A stretch of 39,024 nt of DNA from Desulfobacterales bacterium (GTDB lineage Bacteria > Desulfobacterota > Desulfobacteria > Desulfobacterales > UBA11574): positions 1 through 39,024 of the forward strand of contig JAQBHK010000411.1 of assembly GCA_032127815.1 (NCBI GenBank), written 5' to 3'. The position numbers and the translations under genes are program-made. The notes beneath the pieces are model-generated. The model did not search any database. It saw nothing but the letters and a program-made list of their open reading frames with translations, and was not told where the DNA came from. The first letter of the stretch is position 1; every line of letters begins with the position of its first letter. Of this stretch, positions 31,105-39,024 are shown piece by piece.

Positions 31105-32679
31105 TTATTTCCCCTCGGCCTCCAACTCAAGACAGAACAGCCCGCAATGCATGGCCTCCAGCAGTTCGGCCTGGGCCAGCGGCAAATCCCACAGCAGGGG
31201 CTGCTGTCCGCGCCAGCGTTCGCGCAAAAAGGCCCGCAGTTCCGAGGGGCCCCGGCGATTATCCAAATGCTGCCGGTCATACAGGTAGGCAGCCAAACGC
31301 TGGCTGCAAAAAGTTCCCTGACAGGGGCCTTTGCCAATGCGGCTGCGCAGCCCGATCGCCTCAAAGCCAGGCCGGCCATCCAGTTCGCGTATAGTGCCCA
31401 CGATCTCTTCGACCACGCTTTGCGGTACCATTTCACATTCGCAGAGCAACACGTCGTTGGGCGCATTGTCGCGTAGCCACATATTGGGCGCCAGTCCGGG
31501 TTCGGTCCAGCGGGCATCCACTGTGTTGGGCAACGGTTCCAGATGGGTCCGGCAGGACGCATGGACCCCCAGGCGCTCACACACCAGATCGGCTGTTTTC
31601 TCGGCCATCAAGCGATAGGTGGTTAACTTGCCGCTGGTAATGGTGATGAAATTGGCAAGTTTTTCCGGTTCCCGGGCGTGATCGATCAGCGCGAATCCGC
31701 GGCTCACCGTCCGGTCGTCATCCCCTTGCGCCTTTTGGCTGCTGCTGCCCAACAAAGGGCGTACACCGCAGAAGGCACGGATGTATCTAGTGGCCGCCAG
31801 TTCGGGTATCATAGCGGCACCTTCGTCGATAATATGGTCGATTTCATGAATTTCAGGGTAGTACAAGTCAGGTGATTCGGTACGCTCGGAAGTGGTGCCC
31901 AGAATGGAGACGGTCCCTCCGGGCACAAGTATATCTCCGTCAGTGGGGTGACGCAGCCTGTTTACGACCCGTTGGGTGATCCGGGTATTGGTGACTAGCA
32001 TGCTGCCCTTGGAATAAAGCATGTCTATTTGGACTCCGGCCATGGCGGCAACCTCACTGGCCCATGCACCTGAGGCATTAACGATAATTTCAGGTTCGAC
32101 GGACATCTTCTTCCCGGTCATTTTGTTCAGCAGAAGAACAGACCGGATCTTACCATTGATGATCTTGAAATCCACTGCTTGCGTGAAGCGCAGAAAGCGA
32201 GTGCTCAGTTGTTGGGCGTGGGCGATATTGCCAAGGGAGAGTCTGAAAGGATCGATTGTGGCATCTTCAACGTGGAAAGCGGCTATAGTTTGATCCGACA
32301 GGGCGGGCTCCATCTCCTGAGCATCTTTGATATCCAGGAAAAGGGCCGGAATTCCGTGCTGGGCACACCTTTGAGGAAAATCTGCGATATAATTTTCATC
32401 ATCACCGGCTACGGCCACGAACAGGCCGCCCGTATCTTCAATACAATGGGCCGCCAGTTTTTTAAGCAGGCGGCCTTCTCGCTGGCACTCCACGGCTGCA
32501 CTCGGATCGGAGGCAATGTAACGGGCGCCGCTGTGTAAAAGCCCCTGGTTGCCTCCCGAAGCACCGGCGTTAATGTCCTGTTTTTCTGCCAAAACGCAGT
32601 GGATACCGCGCAGGGCCAAATCCCTTGCCAGGCCTGTGCCGGTAGCACCGCCGCCGAGAATCAACACCTGGGTCTTCAC
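31105..32679 (-). CDS. glpA: Anaerobic glycerol-3-phosphate dehydrogenase subunit A (FAD, C-terminal BFD-like [2Fe-2S] domain)
   Basis: VLILGGGATGTGLARDLALRGIHCVLAEK...GASGGNQGLLHSGARY; C-terminal LLCECEMV...GKGPCQGTFC. GTG 32679 is preferred (AAGGAGG 6 nt upstream) over the tracked TTG at 32697. Confidence 0.9.
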   Translation of the reverse strand: MKTQVLILGGGATGTGLARDLALRGIHCVLAEKQDINAGASGGNQGLLHSGARYIASDPSAAVECQREGRLLKKLAAHCIEDTGGLFVAVAGDDENYIADFPQRCAQHGIPALFLDIKDAQEMEPALSDQTIAAFHVEDATIDPFRLSLGNIAHAQQLSTRFLRFTQAVDFKIINGKIRSVLLLNKMTGKKMSVEPEIIVNASGAWASEVAAMAGVQIDMLYSKGSMLVTNTRITQRVVNRLRHPTDGDILVPGGTVSILGTTSERTESPDLYYPEIHEIDHIIDEGAAMIPELAATRYIRAFCGVRPLLGSSSQKAQGDDDRTVSRGFALIDHAREPEKLANFITITSGKLTTYRLMAEKTADLVCERLGVHASCRTHLEPLPNTVDARWTEPGLAPNMWLRDNAPNDVLLCECEMVPQSVVEEIVGTIRELDGRPGFEAIGLRSRIGKGPCQGTFCSQRLAAYLYDRQHLDNRRGPSELRAFLRERWRGQQPLLWDLPLAQAELLEAMHCGLFCLELEAEGK

Positions 32680-32745
32680 GGGGCACCTCCTTGGCAAACG
32701 ATCAACATATCAGGCTTCAAATACTTAAATTTGGCCATTTGTTTA

Positions 32746-32760
32746 TTTCACTTGCGAAAA
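32746..32760. promoter_or_regulatory. Candidate GlpR (DeoR-type) operator, copy 1, in the glpA/glpR divergent region
   Basis: TTTCACTTGCGAAAA recurs 14/15 at 33925-33939. Related CGAAAAA(C)ATCAT units lie at 32755-32767 and 32789-32800. Confidence 0.3.
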
Positions 32761-32931
32761 ACATCATAGGGTGCTAAGGGTTTGTGAACGAAAAAATCAT
32801 GCAAATTAAGTTTGTACGCATTTATTAGCAGAATTGAATTGTTTTGTCACCATAAATATTCCTTTAACAACACATTGTGGCATTAGCTTTCTATTTCGAA
32901 TATTTATGACATATAAGTTTAGGCAGGAAGC

Positions 32932-33786
32932 ATGATGACAGAAAACAGCAAGAGAAGTGAAACATCTTCCGGTACCAACGGCAATTACAGCCCAAGAACA
33001 GACGGATATAATGGAAAGATTGGACCGGTGCGCCAACGGCACGATAAAATCCGACAACTGGTTCAAAATAACGGTTTTGTAACGATCGAATATCTGGCAC
33101 AAGAGTTCGGAGTAACGCCTCAGACGATTCGGCGTGATATAAATATTCTTAGTGAAAACGGGTTGATTAACCGCTACCACGGCGGAGCAGGCATAGCAAC
33201 CAGCACCGAAAACGTCGAATATACAAAACGTAAGGGGCTGTGTTTTAAAGAGAAACAGAAAATTGCACAGATGGTCGCCGAAAATATCCCGGATCACGCC
33301 TCGCTTTTTCTTAATATCGGAACCACAACCGAGGAGGTTGCCAACGCACTGTCCGATCACCAACGCCTCAAGGTGATTACGAACAATCTCAATGTTGCCT
33401 CGATTTTGAGCAGGAACGAAAATTTTGAGGTCATTGTGGCGGGCGGGTTGGTGAGGCCTCGCGATTGTGGGATTATCGGGCCTCTAACGATCGATTTTAT
33501 TCAGCAGTTTCGTGTTGACTACGGCGTTATCGGGATTAGCGGTATTGATCTGGACGGAACATTGCTCGATTTTGATTATCGAGAAGTCATGGTCGCACGC
33601 GCCATTATCGATAATTCCCGTAAAGTGTTTCTGGTCGCCGACCATACCAAATTCGGCCGTAACGCCATGGTGCGGCTTGGCAACATCACGGAGATTGATG
33701 CGCTGTTTACCGATCAGACGCCGCCATCGGTGTTTACCGAGCTTATCAACAGCGCAGATGTTCGATTGTTTTCAGCAAACCCATAA
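32932..33786 (+). CDS. glpR: DeoR-family transcriptional repressor of the glycerol-3-phosphate regulon
   Basis: HTH region RHDKIRQLVQNNGFVTIEYLAQEFGVTPQTIRRDINILSENGLINRYHGGA; C-terminal sugar-phosphate-binding domain (VITNNLNVA...GGLVR...GISGID...VFLVADHTKFG). Divergent from glpAB. Confidence 0.85.
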   Translation: MMTENSKRSETSSGTNGNYSPRTDGYNGKIGPVRQRHDKIRQLVQNNGFVTIEYLAQEFGVTPQTIRRDINILSENGLINRYHGGAGIATSTENVEYTKRKGLCFKEKQKIAQMVAENIPDHASLFLNIGTTTEEVANALSDHQRLKVITNNLNVASILSRNENFEVIVAGGLVRPRDCGIIGPLTIDFIQQFRVDYGVIGISGIDLDGTLLDFDYREVMVARAIIDNSRKVFLVADHTKFGRNAMVRLGNITEIDALFTDQTPPSVFTELINSADVRLFSANP

Positions 33787-33924
33787 GCGCAATACGAACC
33801 CGGGCTTGGCCAAACGCAGCCGCCATTTTCACGAGATTCGGAATAATGGAGTCTCTTTCCGGAGATTCAGGTTGAAAAGAAAATTAAGCCGGCATGATGG
33901 AAAAAGAACAATAAATATATAAAT

Positions 33925-33939
33925 TTTCATTTGCGAAAA
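33925..33939. promoter_or_regulatory. Candidate GlpR operator, copy 2, upstream of the glycerol ABC operon
   Basis: TTTCATTTGCGAAAA sits about 120 nt upstream of ATG 34058, in an AT-rich promoter-like stretch. A perfect 8-bp hairpin GATGCCTA-tggt-TAGGCATC follows at 33975-33994. Confidence 0.3.
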
Positions 33940-34057
33940 TTATTTAAAGGATGATACGGTGAATTTGCATAATCGATGCCTATGGTTAGGCATCTGCTGG
34001 CTTGTACAACATCCGGATGCGCCGTTACACTCAGACTCTTGAATAGGGAGACAGTTA

Positions 34058-35152
34058 ATGGGCTTGTCACTACAAAACATTGACAAGATTGTTAACCGAG
34101 AAATCCATCTCAAAGATATCAGCCTTGAATTTGAATCCGGTTCCCGCAATGTGATACTTGGCCGCACACTTTCCGGCAAGACATCCCTGCTGCGTATCAT
34201 GGCCGGCCTGGATCGCCCAACTCACGGCAATATATTTGTAGGCGGTAATGACGTCACCGGCACCCCGGTGCGCAAGCGCAGTGTCGCTATGGTCTATCAG
34301 CAGTTCATTAATTACCCGTCCTTAACCGTTTTTAAAAATATTGCCTCCCCTCTGAAGATAGGCGGACTGAATAAAAAAGAAATAGACCGGCGCGTGCGCG
34401 AAACCGCCGAAATACTGCACCTCGAGAGTCTGTTGAAGCGCTTGCCCTCCGAGCTTTCCGGCGGACAGCAGCAGCGCACCGCCATCGCCCGGGCCCTGGT
34501 AAAAGACGCCGATTTGCTTCTGCTGGACGAGCCTTTGGTGAACCTGGACTATAAACTGCGCGAAGAGCTGCGGGTTGAGCTTCAGGAGATTTTCAAGCAG
34601 CGCAGGGCGATCGTCGTGTACACCACTACGGAACCGACCGAGGCCCTGATGTTGGGAGGCAATATTGTGGTAATCGATGAGGGCCGCGTTCTGCAAACCG
34701 ACGCCACTTCAAAAGTGTACCACAACCCGACGACCCTCAAGGTGGCCGAAATATTCAGCGACCCACCCATTAACTACATTAGCGGCACCGTCCAGGGGAG
34801 CACGGCCCTACTGGGGCATGATATAGAAATTCCATTAGATGGCCATATGAAATCCTTGCCGGCCGGGAACTATAAATTCGGTGTACGCTCCCATCGTTTC
34901 TTTCTATCAAGGACCAGTGAGAAGGATAGCGAAATTCAGGCCAGAGTGGAATTGTCGGAGATAAGCGGGTCGGAAACGTTCATTCATATCAGCTACAACA
35001 ATGCTCGGCTGGTGGTTCAGGAAACCGGGATTCAGCCTCTCAGGATCGGCGCCGAAATATCGATATATGTCAACCCGAGTTGTTTCTTTGTGTACGATGA
35101 GGCCGGCGTTCTGGTGGCAGCACCGTTGCAGGACACTATTAAAAAAGGCTGA
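34058..35152 (+). CDS. ABC transporter ATP-binding protein 1 (MalK/UgpC-like with C-terminal regulatory domain; GlpS/GlpT-type glycerol importer)
   Basis: Walker A GRTLSGKTS (atypical), canonical signature LSGGQQQRTAIARA, Walker B LLLLDEPL, and a TOBE-like tail. Confidence 0.85.
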   Translation: MGLSLQNIDKIVNREIHLKDISLEFESGSRNVILGRTLSGKTSLLRIMAGLDRPTHGNIFVGGNDVTGTPVRKRSVAMVYQQFINYPSLTVFKNIASPLKIGGLNKKEIDRRVRETAEILHLESLLKRLPSELSGGQQQRTAIARALVKDADLLLLDEPLVNLDYKLREELRVELQEIFKQRRAIVVYTTTEPTEALMLGGNIVVIDEGRVLQTDATSKVYHNPTTLKVAEIFSDPPINYISGTVQGSTALLGHDIEIPLDGHMKSLPAGNYKFGVRSHRFFLSRTSEKDSEIQARVELSEISGSETFIHISYNNARLVVQETGIQPLRIGAEISIYVNPSCFFVYDEAGVLVAAPLQDTIKKG

Positions 35153-35166
35153 ACCAGGAGGCGGTC

Positions 35167-36252
35167 ATGGCACAAATCGAGTTAAATGAAATTTCTCACA
35201 GCTATATACGCAACCCAAAAGAAGCGTCGGATTATGCCTTAAAGCGGATTCACAATACTTGGGAGGATGGGGGTGCCTATGCCCTGCTGGGACCTTCAGG
35301 CTGTGGTAAAACCACATTACTGAACGTCATTTCAGGGTTGCTTACCCCCAGTAGCGGCCGGGTGTTTTACAACGGTAAGGACGTCTCCGGATTGCCGCCG
35401 GAAAAACGCAACATTGCCCAGGTCTTTCAGTTTCCTGTTTTGTACGACACCATGACGGTGTTTGGAAATCTGGCCTTCCCTTTGCGAAATCGAGGCGTTC
35501 AGAGTAGCGAAATCACCCAACGGGTACACGAGGTAGCCGAAATCCTTGACTTGACCCCTTTTCTTGAAATGCGAGCGGCCGGGTTGACTGCCGACGCCAA
35601 ACAGAAGGTTTCGTTGGGCCGGGGGTTGGTCCGCAGTGATGTGGCGGCCATTTTGTTTGATGAACCGCTGACCGTGATCGATCCGCAGCTGAAATGGGAC
35701 CTGCGGCGAAAACTCAAAGAGATCCACGAACAGCTTAAGCTGACCTTTATATATGTCACCCACGATCAGGTGGAAGCCTTAACTTTTGCCGACAAAGTAG
35801 TCGTCATGTATGAAGGTGAAATCGTACAAAGCGGTACTCCCCAGGAGCTTTTTGAAAACCCGGAACATACTTTCGTGGGATATTTCATCGGCAGTCCCGG
35901 GATGAACTTTTTGGAGTGTACTTTAGACGGAAATGAGGCGCGAGTTGATGGCGCCGGCATAACATTGGACGAGGAAACGGCGGCAAAGGGACGCAAGGCC
36001 CAGGGAAAACTGGAGGTAGGGATTCGGCCGATGTATCTGGAATTGAGCTCGGAGCCGGTGGAAAGCGGCGTGCCGGCGCAGGTTCAGGCTATTGAAGATC
36101 GGGGCAGTTACATGATTGTGGTGCTTAAAATGGCCGGCAAAACCTTACGGGCCAGACTGCCGGTAGACACGCCGATTTCCGAAGGCAGGGTTTGGCTTGT
36201 TTTCCCGCCGCAAAAGATCAAGCTGTTTGCCGACGGGTGGCTGATTAGCTAG
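35167..36252 (+). CDS. ABC transporter ATP-binding protein 2 (MalK/UgpC-like; degenerate signature motif)
   Basis: Walker A GPSGCGKTTLLN, Q-loop VFQFPV. The signature position reads LTADAKQKVSLGRGL instead of LSGGQ. Walker B ILFDEPL, H-loop VTHD. SD AGGAGG. Confidence 0.85.
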   Translation: MAQIELNEISHSYIRNPKEASDYALKRIHNTWEDGGAYALLGPSGCGKTTLLNVISGLLTPSSGRVFYNGKDVSGLPPEKRNIAQVFQFPVLYDTMTVFGNLAFPLRNRGVQSSEITQRVHEVAEILDLTPFLEMRAAGLTADAKQKVSLGRGLVRSDVAAILFDEPLTVIDPQLKWDLRRKLKEIHEQLKLTFIYVTHDQVEALTFADKVVVMYEGEIVQSGTPQELFENPEHTFVGYFIGSPGMNFLECTLDGNEARVDGAGITLDEETAAKGRKAQGKLEVGIRPMYLELSSEPVESGVPAQVQAIEDRGSYMIVVLKMAGKTLRARLPVDTPISEGRVWLVFPPQKIKLFADGWLIS

Positions 36253-36283
36253 TGTCCATTTTGGATTCGCAAATGGACACTAG
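36249..36283 (+). promoter_or_regulatory. Perfect 13-bp stem / 9-nt loop intercistronic hairpin overlapping the ATPase-2 stop codon
   Basis: CTAGTGTCCATTT-tggattcgc-AAATGGACACTAG. Stop TAG at 36250-36252. The permease ATG lies 18 nt after the hairpin. Confidence 0.6.
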
Positions 36284-36301
36284 TTAGCAAGGAGTTTTTC
36301 T

Positions 36302-37171
36302 ATGGAAAAGTGGGAAGACAATAAGGCCTGGTTTCTGGTTCTACCGGTTTTTATCATCGTTGCCTTCAGCGCCATCATTCCTCTGATGACCGTGGTCAAT
36401 TATTCGCTCCAGGACATCTGGGGGCCGGGCCAGAGCGTCTTCGTCGGCACCGAGTGGTTCAAGGAAATGTTGGCCGACAAGCGCCTGCACGACGCCCTAT
36501 GGCGTCAATTCCTGTTCTCCGGGCTCGTGCTGTTGATCGAGATGCCGCTTGGCATACTTATTGCCCTGGCAATGCCCAAACGTGGTTGGGCAGCTTCCGC
36601 CTGTCTGGTTACAATTGCGATACCTCTGCTCGTTCCCTGGAATACGATCGGGACCATTTGGATCATCTTTACACGACCGGATATCGGTTTATTCGGGGCC
36701 GCCGTCAACAAATTCGTAGCATTCGATCATACCGCCCGGCCACTGGATGCCTGGATAACCCTGATGCTGATGGAAGTCTGGCATTGGACCCCGCTGGTTG
36801 CCCTGCTGGCCTATGCAGGGCTGCGCGCGATTCCCGAGGCTTACTACCAGGCGGCCAAGATCGACGGCGCATCGGCCTGGTCGATATTCTGGTACATCCA
36901 GCTGCCGAAGATGCGCGGCGTGCTCACCATCGCCTTTTTACTGCGCTTCATGGACAGTTTCCTGATCTACGCTGAGCCCTTTGTGCTGACAGGCGGCGGT
37001 CCCGGTAATTCGACCACATTCCTCTCCATTTATCTGGTCAAGATCGCCCTTTTGCAATTCGACTTAGGACCTGGCGGGGCCTTCTCGCTGATCTACTTTG
37101 TCATCGTACTGCTATTCAGTTTCATATTTTACCAGGCGCTTCAGAGAGTCGGAAAAGGAGAGCAGGTATGA
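36302..37171 (+). CDS. ABC transporter permease 1 (MalF/UgpA-type, 6 TM)
   Basis: Binding-protein-dependent transport inner-membrane signature region AAKIDGASAWSIFWYIQLPKMRG (EAA loop). SD AAGGAG. Confidence 0.85.
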   Translation: MEKWEDNKAWFLVLPVFIIVAFSAIIPLMTVVNYSLQDIWGPGQSVFVGTEWFKEMLADKRLHDALWRQFLFSGLVLLIEMPLGILIALAMPKRGWAASACLVTIAIPLLVPWNTIGTIWIIFTRPDIGLFGAAVNKFVAFDHTARPLDAWITLMLMEVWHWTPLVALLAYAGLRAIPEAYYQAAKIDGASAWSIFWYIQLPKMRGVLTIAFLLRFMDSFLIYAEPFVLTGGGPGNSTTFLSIYLVKIALLQFDLGPGGAFSLIYFVIVLLFSFIFYQALQRVGKGEQV

Positions 37172-37971
37172 AAGTAAAGAAAAAAACGATCGGCCTTATA
37201 ATATACTTAATGCTGCTGCTGCTTCCGATCTACTGGATGCTCAACATGTCCTTGAGGTCAAACGCCGATATCCTCGCGTCCTTCGCCCTGTACCCCAAAG
37301 GCATTACATTTAAGAACTATATGAAAATATTTACGGATTCATCCTGGTACATGGGGTATGTCAATTCCATGATCTTTGTCACCATGAACACCGTTATCTC
37401 GTTGTTCGTGGCACTGCCCGCCGCCTACGCCTTTTCACGCTACCGGTTCCTCGGTGACAAACACATGTTTTTCTGGTTGCTCACCAACCGTATGGCGCCG
37501 GCGGCAGTTTTCGCGCTCCCCTTTTTCCAGCTGTATTCCACCATCGGCCTGTTGGATACGCATATTGCGGTGGCACTTGCCCATTGTCTGTTCAACGTGC
37601 CGTTGGCGGTGTGGATATTGGAAGGCTTCATGTCCGGGGTCCCCCGTGAAATCGATGAAACCGCATTTATCGACGGGTACGGCTTTCCGCGCTTCTTTAT
37701 TACCATCTTTATCCCGCTGATCAGGGCCGGGGTCGGTGTGACGGCCTTTTTCTGTTTTATGTTTTCCTGGGTCGAGCTGCTTTTGGCCCGAACACTGACG
37801 GTAACGAATGCGAAACCCATCGGGGCAATCATGACACGCACAATCAGCGCGACCGGTCTTGACTATGGCCTGCTGGCCGCGGCCGGTATGCTCACGATTA
37901 TACCGGGCATGTTGGTGATCTGGTTCGTACGCAATTATTTGGCCAAGGGCTTCGCCATGGGACGTGTGTAA
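37168..37971 (+). CDS. ABC transporter permease 2 (MalG/UgpE-type)
   Basis: EAA-loop region EIDETAFIDGYGFPRFFITIFIPLIRAG. ATGA overlap with permease 1. Confidence 0.85.
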   Translation: MKVKKKTIGLIIYLMLLLLPIYWMLNMSLRSNADILASFALYPKGITFKNYMKIFTDSSWYMGYVNSMIFVTMNTVISLFVALPAAYAFSRYRFLGDKHMFFWLLTNRMAPAAVFALPFFQLYSTIGLLDTHIAVALAHCLFNVPLAVWILEGFMSGVPREIDETAFIDGYGFPRFFITIFIPLIRAGVGVTAFFCFMFSWVELLLARTLTVTNAKPIGAIMTRTISATGLDYGLLAAAGMLTIIPGMLVIWFVRNYLAKGFAMGRV

Positions 37972-37983
37972 AAGGGAACAACA

Positions 37984-38268
37984 ATGAATCTGACTCTGCA
38001 ATGGATGGAATGGACCTTGCCGACGGCAGTTTTCTTTGTCGTCATTTTCCTGATACTGGTTGCCATGACCATATGGCAGGCAGTATCACCTTCCGTCGAA
38101 CGCCGCGGTTTCCTGCCGATTCCTACCACACCCGGTGATCGGCTCTTTATAGGATTGTTGGGCAGCGCCTATATTTTCATGGCATGGATCGGATTGACCG
38201 ATCTTACCCTTTGGATCATGCTTGCCATTGGCGTGTGCTGGATTATTTTTGTGATGCGTTGGGGATAG
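37984..38268 (+). CDS. Small integral membrane protein (94 aa, DUF2160-like) embedded in the ABC operon
   Basis: Three hydrophobic segments. Sits between the permeases and the binding protein, as I recall for GlpSTPQV-type clusters. Family assignment is from memory only. Confidence 0.55.
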   Translation: MNLTLQWMEWTLPTAVFFVVIFLILVAMTIWQAVSPSVERRGFLPIPTTPGDRLFIGLLGSAYIFMAWIGLTDLTLWIMLAIGVCWIIFVMRWG

Positions 38269-38523
38269 AGAGGATGCCGATTTTGGCTCCTGGGCCGAGA
38301 TTCAAAGGAGACAAAAAAATAAACATGAAAATCGGGAAAATGCGTGTGGTGACCCGAATCGTTTTGAAAGGAGGTGGTAACGACCGCGAGTAGATGGGGC
38401 TGACCGAACAGAGCCTCTGGTTTGCCTCGTCGATTTCCCCGCCGGGGTGAGGAGACCAAATGAACAACTTAAGTCGGCAAGATGTGTGCGATTAACCGAA
38501 CAGATTTGAAAGGAGGCAACGAC

Positions 38524-39024
38524 AATGAACAAGAAGAGATTACTGTTTTGCGGGATCGTAGTCTTTGCGCTTATTTTTTCCGGCGTTCCCTGCTGGTCTT
38601 CGCAGCAGATGGATGCCGCCAAGAAATGGGTGGACAACGAGTTTCAACCGTCTACGCTAACCAAAGCCGAACAAATGAAAGAGATGGAATGGTTCATGAA
38701 CGCGGCAAAACCCTTTAAAGGGATGCATATAAAAGTCGTCTCCGAGACCATCCCGACCCATGAGTATGAATCAAAGGTGCTGGCCAAGGCCTTCGAAGAG
38801 ATTACCGGTATCAAGGTCTCCCATGACCTGATTCAGGAAGGTGACGTCATCGAAAAGCTTCAGACCCAGTGGGCGTCCGGTAAAAACATCTATGACGGTT
38901 GGATTAACGATTCCGATCTCATCGGTACACACTCCCGTTACGGCTATGTGGTTCCCTTGTCTGACTTTATGAAGGGCGAAGGTAAGGATGTTACCCTGCC
39001 GACCCTCGACGTAGACGATTTCAT
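38524..39024 (+). CDS. ABC transporter periplasmic substrate-binding protein (GlpV-like), N-terminal 167 codons; continues beyond the window
   Basis: Not in the ORF track because it has no stop. ATG 38524 is preceded by AGGAGG. Signal peptide MNKKRLLFCGIVVFALIFSGVPCWS. Frame is open to base 39024. Confidence 0.75.

Noticed and set aside
31026-32648. ORFs overlapping glpA and the glpA-glpB spacer: 31026-31394(+), 31077-31580(-), 31147-31476(+), 32179-32538(+), 32409-32648(-)
   Set aside because: Same reasoning. glpA has unambiguous FAD and BFD-domain motifs in its own frame, and the alternatives show no motifs.
32806-33363. 185-aa minus-strand ORF in the glpR region
   Set aside because: It is antisense to glpR, which has a clear DeoR HTH and effector domain, and it carries no motifs of its own.
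36454-38637. Alternative-frame or antisense ORFs in the importer genes and leader: 36454-36975(+), 37435-38001(-), 37440-37841(-), 38169-38459(-), 38302-38637(-), 38482-38718(+)
   Set aside because: They are embedded in, or opposite to, permease and binding-protein genes that have clear transporter features. The 38482-38718 frame is out of phase with the real binding-protein ORF starting at 38524.
1-39024. Looked for rRNA, tRNA, tmRNA, RNase P, prophage, toxin-antitoxin or recognisable defence genes
   Set aside because: No T-loop/GTTCGAATC-type tRNA cores, no rRNA-like conserved blocks, and no nuclease, helicase, integrase or phage structural signatures were seen in any frame.

Overview
This 39-kb segment reads like the chromosome of an anaerobic, Desulfobacterota-type (sulfate-reducer-like deltaproteobacterial) organism. 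That placement is inferred from Hdr-like, CCG and CXXCH redox proteins and overall gene content; no rRNA or tRNA is present to anchor taxonomy. From left to right the window contains:
- the 3' end of a hybrid sensor kinase plus a 22-codon response-regulator stub;
- a small membrane ORF, a solitary lpxA, and parE-parC (topoisomerase IV);
- a visibly AT-rich block of about 8 kb (7.2-15.1 kb), bounded by non-coding stretches with gene debris. It holds a 729-aa KamA-family radical-SAM/PLP aminomutase homologue, divergent from a crotonase / ADP-forming acyl-CoA synthetase / crotonase operon;
- a five-gene translationally coupled operon: SAM methyltransferase, polyprenyl-synthase-like protein with a degenerate first Asp-rich motif, MacB/LolE-type ABC permease and ATPase, and a mini dihaem lipoprotein cytochrome c;
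- an OMP-MFP-RND efflux set, then a truncated Fe-alcohol-dehydrogenase stub;
- a GC-rich glycerol regulon: glpK with an apparent 1-nt frameshift near its 3' end; glpA-glpB, where the usual glpC is replaced by a membrane/4x[4Fe-4S] fusion protein plus an HdrB-like CCG protein; divergent glpR; and a Rhizobium GlpSTPQV-type glycerol ABC importer (two ATPases, two permeases, a DUF2160-like small membrane protein, and a binding protein running off the window).

Non-genic structure includes three intra-operonic hairpins whose arms are degenerate tandem 7-8-mers, a heptamer array across a stop codon, several perfect palindromes, and candidate GlpR operators. I saw no CRISPR array, rRNA, tRNA or intact mobile element.

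The best candidates for something undescribed are the KamA-like island, the methyltransferase / prenyl-synthase-like / ABC / cytochrome operon, and the Hdr-like electron exit of GlpAB. All functional calls rest on motif recognition by eye; no database search was possible.
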